Part shown: in pieces, positions 10,508 to 21,199 of the stretch
Layout of the letters: every line of letters starts with the position of its first letter
Position numbering within the stretch: position 1 is the stretch's first letter
Source of the DNA: a candidate division FCPU426 bacterium
GTDB lineage: Bacteria; Oederibacteriota; Muellerivitia; Muellerivitales; Muellerivitaceae
NCBI GenBank assembly: GCA_963771075.1
Contig: CAVYSE010000003.1
Span: forward strand, 128,001-192,000
Reading direction: 5' to 3'
DNA length: 64,000 bases
Made by a program: the position numbers and the translations under genes
The notes under the pieces: generated by a model
What the model was told of the DNA's origin: nothing
Seen by the model: only the letters and a program-made list of their open reading frames with translations
Databases searched by the model: none

Positions 10508-10891
10508 ATGAAACGTTCCCATTCTTCATTCCTGTTGATTTTCCTGGCTTTCTGGATCACCGGGGGCCAATGGATGCTCCTCCAATCGGCGGCATGGATC
10601 CACATGGTACGGGACTATTCCCAAACCGAAAGTCTGTGCCAAGCCTTTTCCAAAACCTTCGATGGGAACCATCCCTGTCCGCTTTGCCGCTTGATCCAAA
10701 AAGAAAAGGCGGCCCAAAATTCCCAGAAGGTCGCTCCGACCATCCAGAAGTATTCATTCTTACCCATTCCATTTGCCCTGCTTGAAATCACTCTTTTTTC
10801 CAAACCGAATCTTTTTTACAACCATCCCCCGCCTCACAAGTTATTTTCAGAACCACTCTCTCCCCCTCCCGAAGCAATTTCCCAAGCCTAA
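10508..10891 (+). CDS. DUF2946-like small protein (CPLC motif, C-terminal Pro run), possible metal-responsive leader
   Basis: Hydrophobic N-terminus, FDGNHPCPLC, ends PLSPPPEA; immediately upstream of a Cys-rich beta-barrel gene. Confidence 0.6.
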   Translation: MKRSHSSFLLIFLAFWITGGQWMLLQSAAWIHMVRDYSQTESLCQAFSKTFDGNHPCPLCRLIQKEKAAQNSQKVAPTIQKYSFLPIPFALLEITLFSKPNLFYNHPPPHKLFSEPLSPPPEAISQA

Positions 10892-10971
10892 AGCTAAGCC
10901 GAATCCAAGTCCGAAGGGCCTGAATTCAACAGCCCTTTTCATCCACATTCACCATTCAAAGGAGAATCCAA

Positions 10972-12009
10972 ATGTCACGATTTCTAAACCGTTTCACCCT
11001 TGCCGTAGGACTCATCGCCCTGATCTTACTTGGGGGCCCATGCCCAGCCAGCGCCTGCTCCGTTTGCGGTTGCGGCGATCCATTGGCTTCTTCAGGAACC
11101 GCCCATCCCCTCGCGGGGTCTTTCCGCTTGGACTTTGAGAGTATTTATCTCAATGCCAGCGCGGCCAGCGACAATCCTTTCGACACGACCCAGATGGAAT
11201 CGTTGGTCCAGGTCAACTTAAACACCACGTTAACCTTCAGTCCAACGGACGATTTGACATTGACCGCCATGCTGCCCCTGGTCCAAAAGTACTGGACCCT
11301 GGAAGCCGGGGACGCTCCCATCGTGGAAGGGGCAACTATCGCGGATACCGGGACGAACTTCGGCATGGGCGACCTCAACTTGGGGATGCGGTACTTCTTC
11401 TGGCAGGAGACTGATTTTAAGGCGATTGAACACCAAGCCCTGGCCCTCTCCATCGGGTCCTTTCTGCCGACGGGCGCCACGAATCGGGTCTCCCCACTCA
11501 CGGGGGGCCCCATCGATACCCACGCCCAATTGGGAACAGGCGCTTTTGGATTTTACGGGGGCTTGTTGTACAACCATATTTGGGATAATTTCACTTTGAG
11601 CGCCAACGCGAACGTGGTTTACCATACCCAAGCCCTGACGAACGATATCACTTCCCCGGTTTATGAATATACTTTCGGAACTTCCACCACGGGCGGCATT
11701 TCAGGACAATGGAAGGCAGGAGACTCTTTGGCCGTGGGTTTAGCCGTGGAAGGCCGTTATACAAACCCAGACACCGAACCCAATCCATACTTGAATGACA
11801 TGGACGGAAACGTTACTTCCGGGCAAGCGACTTGGAACACCCCTAACACCGGCGGTACGGTCATCGACCTGTCCCCGGCGGTTTATTGGAACGTCTCAGG
11901 TGACTCCACGCTCTACGGCAAGGTTCAAATTCCCGTCCTCACCTCCTTTAACGGAACCCAAACCTTGAGTCCTACCTATGTTTTCGGCACCCAGTTTCTT
12001 ATCCATTAA
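10972..12009 (+). CDS. Putative outer-membrane beta-barrel transporter with N-terminal ACSVCGCG motif
   Basis: Signal peptide, CxxCGC, GMGD, LPTG and QLGTG motifs, alternating-strand C-terminus; GGAG RBS. Confidence 0.65.
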   Translation: MSRFLNRFTLAVGLIALILLGGPCPASACSVCGCGDPLASSGTAHPLAGSFRLDFESIYLNASAASDNPFDTTQMESLVQVNLNTTLTFSPTDDLTLTAMLPLVQKYWTLEAGDAPIVEGATIADTGTNFGMGDLNLGMRYFFWQETDFKAIEHQALALSIGSFLPTGATNRVSPLTGGPIDTHAQLGTGAFGFYGGLLYNHIWDNFTLSANANVVYHTQALTNDITSPVYEYTFGTSTTGGISGQWKAGDSLAVGLAVEGRYTNPDTEPNPYLNDMDGNVTSGQATWNTPNTGGTVIDLSPAVYWNVSGDSTLYGKVQIPVLTSFNGTQTLSPTYVFGTQFLIH

Positions 12010-12037
12010 ATAAATCATAGGAAAAAACGGAAAACCG

Positions 12038-12070
12038 GCCGCTCGGGTCCTACCGAGCGGCTTTTCTTTT
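12038..12070 (+). terminator. Intrinsic terminator
   Basis: GCCGCTCGG-gtccta-CCGAGCGGC 9-bp stem followed by TTTTCTTTT. Confidence 0.8.
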
Positions 12071-12126
12071 AGTGTGAATCCCCTTAAAATTCCTCCCCCT
12101 ATCATCCACTTGACCAAAGGCGACCC

Positions 12127-13497
12127 TTGTTCGACCAACTGACGGAAAAGATCCAAAAAGTTTTCAAGGACCTCCGGGGCCAGGGAAAACTGACCGAAAC
12201 CAATATCGAGGATGCCCTGGAACAGGTCCGCCTGGCCCTGTTGGACGCCGACGTGCACCTGGAAACCGCCAAGCTCTTCCTGGAAAGGGTGAAGGCCAAG
12301 GCCTTGGGTCGGGATGTTTCCTTAAGCCTGAACCCGGGCCAGGTCTTCATCAAGATCGTTCACGAGGAATTGATCCAGCTCCTGACGCCCAAAGACCGCA
12401 ACGCCACCAAACTTCGCTTCGCTCCCGCCCCGCCTACCCTGATCCTTTTGGCGGGCCTCCAGGGAACGGGGAAAACCACCACCGCCGCGAAGATCGCCCT
12501 GTGGCTCAAAAAGGATGGACGCCGCCCCGGCCTGGTCGCCGCGGACCTGGTCCGCCCGGCGGCCATTGACCAACTGGAGGTATTGGCCTCCCAGATCGGG
12601 GTCCCTTTCTTCAAACCGGGCGCGGGAGAAGGGCCGTTGGAAGTTTGCCAAAGGGCGGTCAAGACCTGCCTGCAGAACGACTGCAACATCCTGCTGCTGG
12701 ACACCGCGGGCCGCCTTCAAATCGATGAGGCGATGATGGCGGAGATCACCACCCTGGCCCAAAAACTGAAACCTCAAAATATTCTTTTCACCGTCGACGC
12801 CATGACCGGCCAAAACGCGGTGGCGGTGGCCAAGGCCTTTCACGAAAGACTGCAACTGACGGGACTCGTATTAACGAAAGCCGACGGGGACGCCCGTGGC
12901 GGCGCCCTTTTTTCCATCACGTCGGCGACGGGCCTGCCCATCCAGTTCGTGGGTGTGAGCGAGAAAATGGAGGGCCTGGAGCCCTTTTACCCCGACCGGA
13001 TGGCCTCCCGCATCCTGGGCATGGGCGACCTGTTGTCCCTGGTGGAAAAGGCCGAAGCGGTCGCCCGGCAGTCGGCCGCCGAAAGACAGCGTCCCCCGAA
13101 ACCCTCGGACTTCAACCTGGACAGCCTCCTGGACCAGATCCGGCAGTTGAAAAAAATGGGTTCCATGGATGAACTGGTTTCCATGCTTCCCGGCAACCCG
13201 GCGCAAAAAAAACAGATGTTGTCCCAGGCCCCGGACGAGAAAAAGATCAAGCGCATGGAGGCTATTCTTTTATCCATGACGGCCAAGGAGAGGCTGTTTC
13301 CCCAGCTTTTGGACGGATCGCGCAAAAAGCGCATCGCGGCCGGCTCCGGGACACGCCCCGACGAGATCAACGCGCTGTTGAAACAATATGACATGATGAG
13401 AAAAGTCATGAAAAAGGGCCTAACGGGAAAGTTTCCACCCATGCCGGGAGCCGGGTTCAACCCCGGAGCCGGTTTTCCGCCGGGTTTCCCCCGGTAA
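12127..13497 (+). CDS. ffh: Signal recognition particle protein
   Basis: GLQGTGKTT, DTAGRLQID, TKADGDARGG, PDRMASRILGMGD, M domain SRKKRIAAGSG. Confidence 0.97.
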   Translation: MFDQLTEKIQKVFKDLRGQGKLTETNIEDALEQVRLALLDADVHLETAKLFLERVKAKALGRDVSLSLNPGQVFIKIVHEELIQLLTPKDRNATKLRFAPAPPTLILLAGLQGTGKTTTAAKIALWLKKDGRRPGLVAADLVRPAAIDQLEVLASQIGVPFFKPGAGEGPLEVCQRAVKTCLQNDCNILLLDTAGRLQIDEAMMAEITTLAQKLKPQNILFTVDAMTGQNAVAVAKAFHERLQLTGLVLTKADGDARGGALFSITSATGLPIQFVGVSEKMEGLEPFYPDRMASRILGMGDLLSLVEKAEAVARQSAAERQRPPKPSDFNLDSLLDQIRQLKKMGSMDELVSMLPGNPAQKKQMLSQAPDEKKIKRMEAILLSMTAKERLFPQLLDGSRKKRIAAGSGTRPDEINALLKQYDMMRKVMKKGLTGKFPPMPGAGFNPGAGFPPGFPR

Positions 13498-13732
13498 TCG
13501 GGTCTTTTCAAACGGCGGGCCGGGACAAGCCGGGGTTCCACGAAATCCTGGCTTCGCTTGCCCTGCCTTCGGCGGGGGCGGCTTTCAACGACCGGTTCCT
13601 TTCCCTGTCCCTTCCAAAGCATTTCCATCTTTCCCGCGGTTCGGGTTCGCATTGACGTTCAAGAAGAAGCGGGGCTAGAATGTGCCCCTCCTTTCCAACT
13701 CCCCACTTTTTTCAAGGTTAAACGGCCAAAAC

Positions 13733-15577
13733 ATGGGACTTTTCGGAAGCAAAGACGACAAGAAAAAAGAGTTATTGGAAACCGCTGAGAAGCTGGCTTC
13801 CCAGGGCGAAACCGCCAAGGCCATGAAGGAACTTCAAAAAGCCGTCGAGCTGGACCCCCAATTCAAGGAAGCCTATACCGCCATGGCCTTCCTTTATTCC
13901 GACCTGGGCCAGCCGGACAACGCCATCGAGCTTTTCCGAAAAGTCATCACGATTGACAACAATTCCCCCGAGGCTTGGAACAACTTGGGTCTGACCCTCG
14001 CCCGGTCCGAGCGGTACAACGAGTCCATCAAGACCTTCGAGGACGCCATTTCCCGCAATCCCAAAACCGCGACCTTCTTCAACAATCTGGGAAACGTCTA
14101 CTACGAACTGGGGCAGTACGCGCAGGCCATGCAGGTTTTCCAAACCGCCGTGGAACTCGATCCCTCCTATGCCGAGTCCTACCATCGACTGGGCATCGAC
14201 AAGGATACGGCCGGAAATATGGATGTGGCGCTCAAGCGGCTGGAGGAAGCGGCCAAGACCGGGAAAAACAAGGCGAAGGTCGCATTCGACATGGGCACCC
14301 TCTACGCCAAACAGGAGCTCGAGGACAAGTCGATCAAATCCTTCCAGGAAGCCTGCCGCCTGGACCCCCGCTACGAGCAGGCCTTCATGGCCCTCGGGTT
14401 CGCCTATGAGCGGAAAGGCGACCTGCAAAAGGCCCTGGAAACTTTCGGAACCGTGATCACCCTGAACCCGCAAAGCGCCAAGGTCCACAACACGATGGGC
14501 CTGATCTTCGACAAGCTCAAGTTATACAAGCAGGCCATCAACGAATACCGGGTCGCCATCAAGCTGGAACCCAGTTATTCCAACGCCCACTTCGTCCTGG
14601 GCCAGGTCTATGAAAACAAGGGGATCATCCAGAAGGCCGTGGCGGAATATGAAAAGTTCGTGCGCATCCATGAAACGGGCGCCATGGTGGAGGAGGCCAA
14701 ATCGAGGATCGCCCGGATCCGCAATACGTCGATGGAAGAGGTGGAGCAATCCCTGGCCCTGAAGAAGCAGGACTCGGCCGGCGGTCCCGCCCAGGCGGAA
14801 AGGGCCGCCTCATCCGTTGCGGCGGCCGAAACCGCGAAATCCCAGGCCGAGTCCACCTCCGCCCCAACCCCCGTTGAACCAGGCGGGGTCAAACTGACCG
14901 ACCCCAAGGAATACCTCAAGCAGGTGCTGGCGAAAGCCCGCGCGGCGAAAAACCCACCCCCCCCCGCGGCAGCTTCCGAGGCGGTGACCACCCCTTCCCC
15001 GGCTCCCCAGCCGAAAGCGGCACCTAAGCCCGCTGCGGTTCCGGCCGATCTTTCCCATCTGGGCGACCCTCCGCCGCCGCCATTCGTTTCTGCCCCCGCG
15101 GCCGCGGTTCCCCCGCCGGCCGTTCCGGAAGCTCCAACCGTGCCCGAACCTAAACCCGTTACGGCCGCTCCCTTGACCCCTGACGCGCCCTTGGTCTCAC
15201 ACCCGGAACCGCTCTCCACGCCCTTTGATTCCCCGACGCCGGTGGTCCACCCCGCCCCGCCTCAACCGGCCGCCCCCACCCCTTCCCCAGCGCCCCCGGC
15301 TGAGACCGAGTTCAGCTTTGACAACCTGCCCGCCTCGGCCTTGGACGGCTTTCAATTGGATGAACAGGACGTGTTGGACGCCATCGCCCGGGTCGATACC
15401 CAAAGCGTCGAGCAGGAAGCCCAGGTCTTGGAAACGGTGGAGGCCATCGGCCTTTCTTCGTCCGATGAAATGTTGGAGGATCCCCCCGAGGAACCCACGG
15501 CTCCTTCCCATCCCACAACGCCCTCATCCGCCCCGCCTCCCGGCGGCAAACCGGGTATTCGAAGGGGTTTTTATTGA
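13733..15577 (+). CDS. Tetratricopeptide-repeat protein with Pro/Ala-rich disordered tail
   Basis: Multiple TPR units (AWNNLG, FFNNLGNVY, AHFVLGQVY) followed by low-complexity region. Confidence 0.88.
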   Translation: MGLFGSKDDKKKELLETAEKLASQGETAKAMKELQKAVELDPQFKEAYTAMAFLYSDLGQPDNAIELFRKVITIDNNSPEAWNNLGLTLARSERYNESIKTFEDAISRNPKTATFFNNLGNVYYELGQYAQAMQVFQTAVELDPSYAESYHRLGIDKDTAGNMDVALKRLEEAAKTGKNKAKVAFDMGTLYAKQELEDKSIKSFQEACRLDPRYEQAFMALGFAYERKGDLQKALETFGTVITLNPQSAKVHNTMGLIFDKLKLYKQAINEYRVAIKLEPSYSNAHFVLGQVYENKGIIQKAVAEYEKFVRIHETGAMVEEAKSRIARIRNTSMEEVEQSLALKKQDSAGGPAQAERAASSVAAAETAKSQAESTSAPTPVEPGGVKLTDPKEYLKQVLAKARAAKNPPPPAAASEAVTTPSPAPQPKAAPKPAAVPADLSHLGDPPPPPFVSAPAAAVPPPAVPEAPTVPEPKPVTAAPLTPDAPLVSHPEPLSTPFDSPTPVVHPAPPQPAAPTPSPAPPAETEFSFDNLPASALDGFQLDEQDVLDAIARVDTQSVEQEAQVLETVEAIGLSSSDEMLEDPPEEPTAPSHPTTPSSAPPPGGKPGIRRGFY

Positions 15578-15657
15578 GGGGGGCCTTGTTTTCCCTTGCC
15601 AGATGAAATAACAATTCTAAAATTACTTTCATTCCATCCGCCTCAAGGAGACCACCC

Positions 15658-16113
15658 ATGCCCGATGTGACCTACCTGTCCAAATACGCGCCTTTTAAAA
15701 CCTTCGACGGGAACGACCTGGACGCCCTCGGGACCTTCGGGGTGGAAAAAGAGGTCAAGAAGGACGAGTTGGTCTTCGACGAGGATTCCAAGGGCGACAG
15801 CATGTATATCCTCAAGTCGGGGGCGGTGAAGATCCTGAAGAAGGTCAAAAACCAGGAAAACACCATCGCCGTCTTGAACCCCGGGGAATTTTTCGGGGAA
15901 ATGGCCCTGTTGGATGGACTTCCCCGGTCCGCCGCGGTTCGAGCCACGACCGATAGCGAGGTTTTCCAGGTGACCCTGGAGGGTTATCAAAAACTAAGGT
16001 TGGAAAAGCCCCATACCGCCTTGAAACTCATGGACATCATCATCAAGGTTCTCTCCAACCGCCTGCGCCAGGCCAACAAAAACCTGGAAGTCATCAGTTT
16101 CTGGATCGAGTAG
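15658..16113 (+). CDS. Stand-alone cyclic-nucleotide-binding domain protein
   Basis: GDSMYILKSGAV, FFGEMALLDGLPRSA phosphate-binding cassette; AAGGAG RBS. Confidence 0.92.
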   Translation: MPDVTYLSKYAPFKTFDGNDLDALGTFGVEKEVKKDELVFDEDSKGDSMYILKSGAVKILKKVKNQENTIAVLNPGEFFGEMALLDGLPRSAAVRATTDSEVFQVTLEGYQKLRLEKPHTALKLMDIIIKVLSNRLRQANKNLEVISFWIE

Positions 16114-16309
16114 CACCAGCTTGCGGCTGACAGTTCGCAGTCGGCAGCCAGGCCGGTAGTGGTCGATTCCTTTTCTTTCCTGGGGACTGCCAACTCGATC
16201 GCCGACTGGTTTAAATAAAAAACCCCGGATGGGGTCCGGGGTTTCTAGAGGGGGGTTCCCCTCGGTGTCCGGCTGGGGGGCCGGAACACGGTGTTCTTTT
16301 ACAGTCGGC

Positions 16310-16600
16310 TCAATTGTTCTGAACCTTCTCCTGTTGTTTCTTGGCTTCCTGCTCCAATTGGCGTTGTCGTTTCTTTTCTTCCCGGTCCAAATCTTCCTGC
16401 AAGGCGGAAAGGACATTCGCGATACGGGCCTGAACATTGCGCAGGGCCCGGTCCCTTCCACCGCCCAGGTCGGGAACGGTGATCTCGCCAAAATTGTTGA
16501 TGTGCGCCCTGGCGAAGACCTTGCCCTTTTCTTCGAACAGAACCACCTCATATTCCTTCTCGTGGACCATCACCTTCAGTTTCTCGCCGGTTGAGTTCAT
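16310..16600 (-). CDS. Hypothetical protein with coiled-coil C-terminus
   Basis: AAGGAG RBS before MNSTGEK; protein-like composition. Confidence 0.55.
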   Translation of the reverse strand: MNSTGEKLKVMVHEKEYEVVLFEEKGKVFARAHINNFGEITVPDLGGGRDRALRNVQARIANVLSALQEDLDREEKKRQRQLEQEAKKQQEKVQNN

Positions 16601-16765
16601 GAAAAAAGCTCCTTGGGGTTTCTTTGGGAGCGACATAGTACCTTTCCAAAGGTTCTTTTGCAAGTTTCCGCATGGTGCCATCCCAAAAACTGCCTTGTTT
16701 TTGTTGCAACTTTTCCATCCCACGATAACAATAATCCCGTTCAATCCAATCTCGAGGTTCGAACC

Positions 16766-18300
16766 ATGCTCGCGAATATTCCAAGCGCCGCGCTCCTCGG
16801 CATCGACGCCTACCCGGTGGAATGCGAGGTGGACATCGCGCCCGGCCTCCCCACTTTCCAAACGGTCGGCCTCCCCGACGCGGCCGTCAAGGAATCCAAG
16901 GACCGGGTCAAGAGCGCCCTGACCAACAGCCAGTTTCCCTTTCCCGTCCAGAGGATCACCGTTAATTTGGCCCCCGCGGATACGAAAAAGGAGGGTCCTT
17001 CTTTCGATCTGCCCATGGCGGTGGGCATCCTGGTGGCGTCGGGCAAGCTTCCCGCCCAGGCGGTGGAAGGCTGTTGGATGGTAGGGGAACTGGCCCTGGA
17101 GGGCAGGGTAAGGCCCGTCCGGGGAAGCCTTCCCATTTCCCTGGCGGCCCGGGACGCCAAGGCCCGGGTCCTGATGGTTCCGCCCGAGAACGGCAAGGAA
17201 GCTGCGGTGGTGGAAGGAACCCAGGTGATCCCCGTGCGTTCACTTAGGGAAGCCTATGAGTTTCTCGCCGGATTCAAGAAAATAAACCCCATTCAGGTGG
17301 ACCTGAACGCGGAGTTTAAACAGCTCTCGTCTTACAAAGTGGATTTTTCGGACGTCAAGGGCCAGGAAAACGCGAAAAGGGCCCTGGAAGTGGCCGCCGC
17401 GGGGGGGCATAACATCCTGCTGGTAGGACCTCCGGGATCGGGCAAGACCATGCTTGCCAAGCGCCTGCCCACCATCCTTCCCCCGCTCACGCTGGAAGAG
17501 GCGATCCAGACGACCAAAATCCATTCCATAGCGGGCACCCTCAGCCGCCGAAAAGCGCTCCTGGCCACCCGGCCCTTCCGTTCGCCCCACCACACCATTT
17601 CCGATGCCGGCCTGATCGGGGGGGAACCATTCCCCGCCCAGGGGAAGTAAGCCTCTCCCATCACGGGGTGCTTTTTTTGGATGAATTCCCCGAGTTCAAC
17701 AAGAACGTGTTGGAGGTCCTGCGCCAGCCCTTGGAAGACGGGATGGTCACGATATCAAGGGTCCAGTCCAGCCTGACCTTCCCCGCCCAATTCATGCTGG
17801 CGGCCGCGATGAACCCCTGCCCCTGCGGCTACTTCACCGATCCCTCGCGGGAATGCGTCTGCACGCCCCGGCAGATCCAAAAATACTTGAGCCGCATCTC
17901 CGGGCCCTTATTGGACCGCATCGACCTGCACATCGAGGTACCCGCCCTCAAGTGGAAGGAAATCGCCGATACCACCCCCGCGGAACCTTCCGTCTCGGTG
18001 CGTGAAAGGGTCTGCCAAGCCAGGGTCATCCAAGAAAAAAGGTTCGAAGGAACCGGCATCCACAATAACGCCCAGATGACCCCCGCCCTCCTGCGGGAGC
18101 ACTGCCGCCTGGACGGGCCATCCCAAAACCTTCTTCAAAACGCCATGGAAAAATTCGGCCTCTCCGCCCGGGCCTACGACCGCATCCTGAAGGTCTCCCG
18201 CACCCTCGCCGATCTTGACGGAAACCCGAACTTAGAATCCCGCCACATAGCGGAAGCTATCCAATATCGTAATCTCGATCGAAGCGTGTGGCGAAATTAG
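16766..18300 (+). pseudogene. comM: ComM/YifB Mg-chelatase-like AAA+ ATPase, split by a 1-bp indel in a G7 run (probably a sequencing error)
   Basis: [50 protein letters not shown]; adding one G at 17618-17624 restores [13 protein letters not shown]. Confidence 0.9.
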
Positions 18301-18973
18301 GTCATTATCAAAAAAAATCCGTCGATCTTCTGAAAAACATCAGGTGTTCCTCATTCAAGTCCTGACCCTTAAAATTCACTACCGAAAATATTTTCGTGAG
18401 GCCTTCCGTTTTTTGTTTGTGAATATTTTTACTCGATGGTCAACAATTCATCACCGCCTTAAATATGAATATTTCTTATTGTCACGCTTGCACTTCGAGA
18501 CAAAAAGAAAAGTATTATTCGCGCTAACCATTCGGGGCTTTTCGATCGCGGTATAATGCGCCTGTTGCTACTACGAGGTGCGCCGCCATGAACTCATTCG
18601 CTTACTCAAGCCAAGTCCTTCCGCTGTCCCTCACTCCGCCCTAGTTTATTTTCCCATACCAAGCCAGCGTTCCCTCCCATTCCCCGCGGCGCTCCGTAAT
18701 CGGGCCCGGAGGGAGGAATCTCCTTTTGAACCCGTTTCACGCAAGGAAAAATCACGCCATGTTTTTAAAACTATCTTTCACATCCAGGACGGAACCTGCC
18801 GATCCACTTCCCGGGCCAAGGTCCCGTTACAAGCCGGGGAGGCGGTTAAGGCCACCCCCTGGCCGGTTTCCATCCGAAAGCGGGGCCCCATCGCTGGGGG
18901 GCGGCGCAAACGATGGGGCTGAAAATGTCAAAGTGTGCCGGGAAAGAGCCGACTCCAGGAAGGCGGAAACAGC

Positions 18974-19396
18974 ATGAAGACGGCAACGATGTTGAAACCG
19001 AAAAGCGGGTACGGACCCAAGGCGGGGCCGATCCGGAGCCTATTATTGACGAAAAGAAGTGGTTTCCGGGCTTATGCCGGGGCCTTTATGCGCCGGGCGC
19101 TGCGCCGTTGCGCTATCCAGGTCATCGCCGGCGAGGCCGCCGCCCTGGAGACCCTGCGGCTGGCCAAATTCCATTTCGTCATCATCGACATGGATCTGTT
19201 GGGAATGGGGGGCGGGGCCCACTTGGAGCAATGGGGCGACCGGGTGGACCGGATGGAGAAAACGGAATTTCTTTTCATAGGCCCGGCTGTTCCGGACCTG
19301 AAACTGCGGTTCACCAACTACAACAACGTCTGGTTCCTGGAATACGACCTGCCGAAGGATGTGGTCGCCAGTCTGGTCAAGTGCCTGCGGGAATGA
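18974..19396 (+). CDS. Hypothetical protein (degenerate receiver-like)
   Basis: FHFVIIDMDL resembles a REC beta-3 strand; ORF only otherwise. Confidence 0.45.
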   Translation: MKTATMLKPKSGYGPKAGPIRSLLLTKRSGFRAYAGAFMRRALRRCAIQVIAGEAAALETLRLAKFHFVIIDMDLLGMGGGAHLEQWGDRVDRMEKTEFLFIGPAVPDLKLRFTNYNNVWFLEYDLPKDVVASLVKCLRE

Positions 19397-19499
19397 GTGG
19401 ATTGGGAGCCACTCGGACCCTTCGCCGCCTGGTCCAGGGCGGTTTCGGGAGGAAGGGAACCCCGGACGTCAGCCACCCTTAACGAAAGGAAACAGAGCC

Positions 19500-20438
19500 A
19501 TGATGATCAAACGCAGTGATGCCGGAAAATTGGTGACCTTGCCGATCAAGCCGGATTGGGGTCCCGGGAAGATCGTGAAGATCGAGGCCGGATATGCCTA
19601 TATCCGCTTCCGGGATTGCGAGGACAGGATGGCGAAAAAATACTCGGTTACCGAGAATCCGCTGGCCTTGTCCCAGGTCCAGACGGACGCCGTCTTGGAT
19701 GACCTCATCCAGCAATCCGAGAAGAAGAAGCGCATGCGCAAGCCCGCCGAACCCATCCGTCGGGTCACGTTCCAGGAGGCCGTCGTGCTTTTCAAGGCGA
19801 AGTATCCCCAGGCCTTCGGAGACGCCCTTTATAAAGGAGGGGCCCAGGTAGGTGGGCAGTACGCCATCGAGGATTTGGCCCGAACCTTCCATTCCTCCTT
19901 CGGGGACGGCCAACTGCGCAAAATGGTTGACAACCATTCAGCGAGGGTCATCGCGGACCGGGCGGTGGCCCTCCTGGACCGCCAGGACCTGATCTACCGG
20001 GGTGAGCTGAAGAGCTTCAAGAATCTGCTCAAGGATGAGGCCCAAACCCTGGCCTATTTCAGGGCGCTGGCTTTCGCGCTGGAGGCCGGGGCCGTCACCG
20101 AGACTTCCATGCGGCCCTATTTCGAGGCCGTGAACGCCTGCCCAATACCGGGGTTCGCCAAATGGCCCAACGCGACCCTGTTCCTTTTCCTGGCCCGGCC
20201 CGAATGCCACATGCTCCTGAAGCCCCAGGTGACGAAAAGATTCGCCGCGATGCTGGGAAACGCGCTGATTTACGAGGCCCATCCCAACTGGATGACCTAC
20301 GTGAACCTGTTGGAGATGTCGGCGGGAACCTTGGGCATGCTGAAGCCCCTTGGCGCGAGGGATTACCTGGACCTGTTGACCTTCATGCAGGTCGTCCAGG
20401 AAACCGCTTCCCAAAAAGAAGCCGCGGGCTTGAACTGA
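19500..20438 (+). CDS. DUF3553-like N-terminal SH3-type domain protein
   Basis: PIKPDWGPGKIVKI N-terminal motif; KWPNATLFLFL..P..HMLLKP conserved-looking core. Confidence 0.6.
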   Translation: MMIKRSDAGKLVTLPIKPDWGPGKIVKIEAGYAYIRFRDCEDRMAKKYSVTENPLALSQVQTDAVLDDLIQQSEKKKRMRKPAEPIRRVTFQEAVVLFKAKYPQAFGDALYKGGAQVGGQYAIEDLARTFHSSFGDGQLRKMVDNHSARVIADRAVALLDRQDLIYRGELKSFKNLLKDEAQTLAYFRALAFALEAGAVTETSMRPYFEAVNACPIPGFAKWPNATLFLFLARPECHMLLKPQVTKRFAAMLGNALIYEAHPNWMTYVNLLEMSAGTLGMLKPLGARDYLDLLTFMQVVQETASQKEAAGLN

Positions 20439-20748
20439 CGGGCTCCTTGTCCAGGGCGACGCCTATTGCGAGCCAACCAGGCGAGAAGTGAGGTTTGGCT
20501 TCTCCGAATTTTAAAACGGCTGGGGCAAGCCGAGGACTGGATCGATGGGTGCCGGGGCGGGCTAATTAAGAGCCCCGGCACTTGGGTCCTGGTTTCTTGC
20601 CAGTTTAAAAGAAAAACGAACAACAAAATGCCTGTCCACCATGATCCATTATTCATTTTGTCCACGACAGGTCCCCGCCATGTTGCATGTGCTTGCGTTT
20701 AGCTACATGGCCCGTTGTGGATAACCAATTCCAGGTTTAAGGCGCGAG

Positions 20749-21075
20749 CTATTTATTACGGCGGGCTAAAGCGGAAAACTGATAAAAATATTTTCGTAGG
20801 TCGGAAGTTACGGGTCCGGGTTCCATGATGCGGCAGGCTTCCCCCCTTAACCGCGCTATTTCCTTGAGGCGGTGCCTCCATCGTGGATCCGCAAGGGTCA
20901 GGTCCAAAAGCTCCAACATCCGGTCAAATGCTTTTTGCGCCTGTTCCGGATTGTTTTTATTTTTCCAGTTCAAGGCCCGTTCGTACTCACTACCCACGTT
21001 GCCCAACTGTTCCGGAAGGGTCAGGGTGAACCAACGGCCCGAGGATAAACCCGGATGCAAGGGTTCGGGGCTCAT
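20749..21075 (-). CDS. Helical hypothetical protein (type I recall next to DUF5674 genes)
   Basis: GRWFTLTLPEQLGNVGSEYERA motif; ATGA-coupled to the upstream remnant. Confidence 0.7.
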   Translation of the reverse strand: MSPEPLHPGLSSGRWFTLTLPEQLGNVGSEYERALNWKNKNNPEQAQKAFDRMLELLDLTLADPRWRHRLKEIARLRGEACRIMEPGPVTSDLRKYFYQFSALARRNK

Positions 21076-21199
21076 AGCACTAGTTTCCTTACGATTGACT
21101 CGATTTCCCGTCTGATACCATATCCCCAAAACACATTTTGGCGATTTCCCTCAAGCGTTGGAGCGTTATGGGGGCGGTGATCAGTTCAATATTGTCCAT
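21072..21199 (-). pseudogene. DUF5674-like gene remnant with the middle deleted
   Basis: N-terminus MDNIELITAPITLQRLREIAKMCFGDMV joined out of frame to a C-terminus IRREIESIVRKLVL*. Confidence 0.55.
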
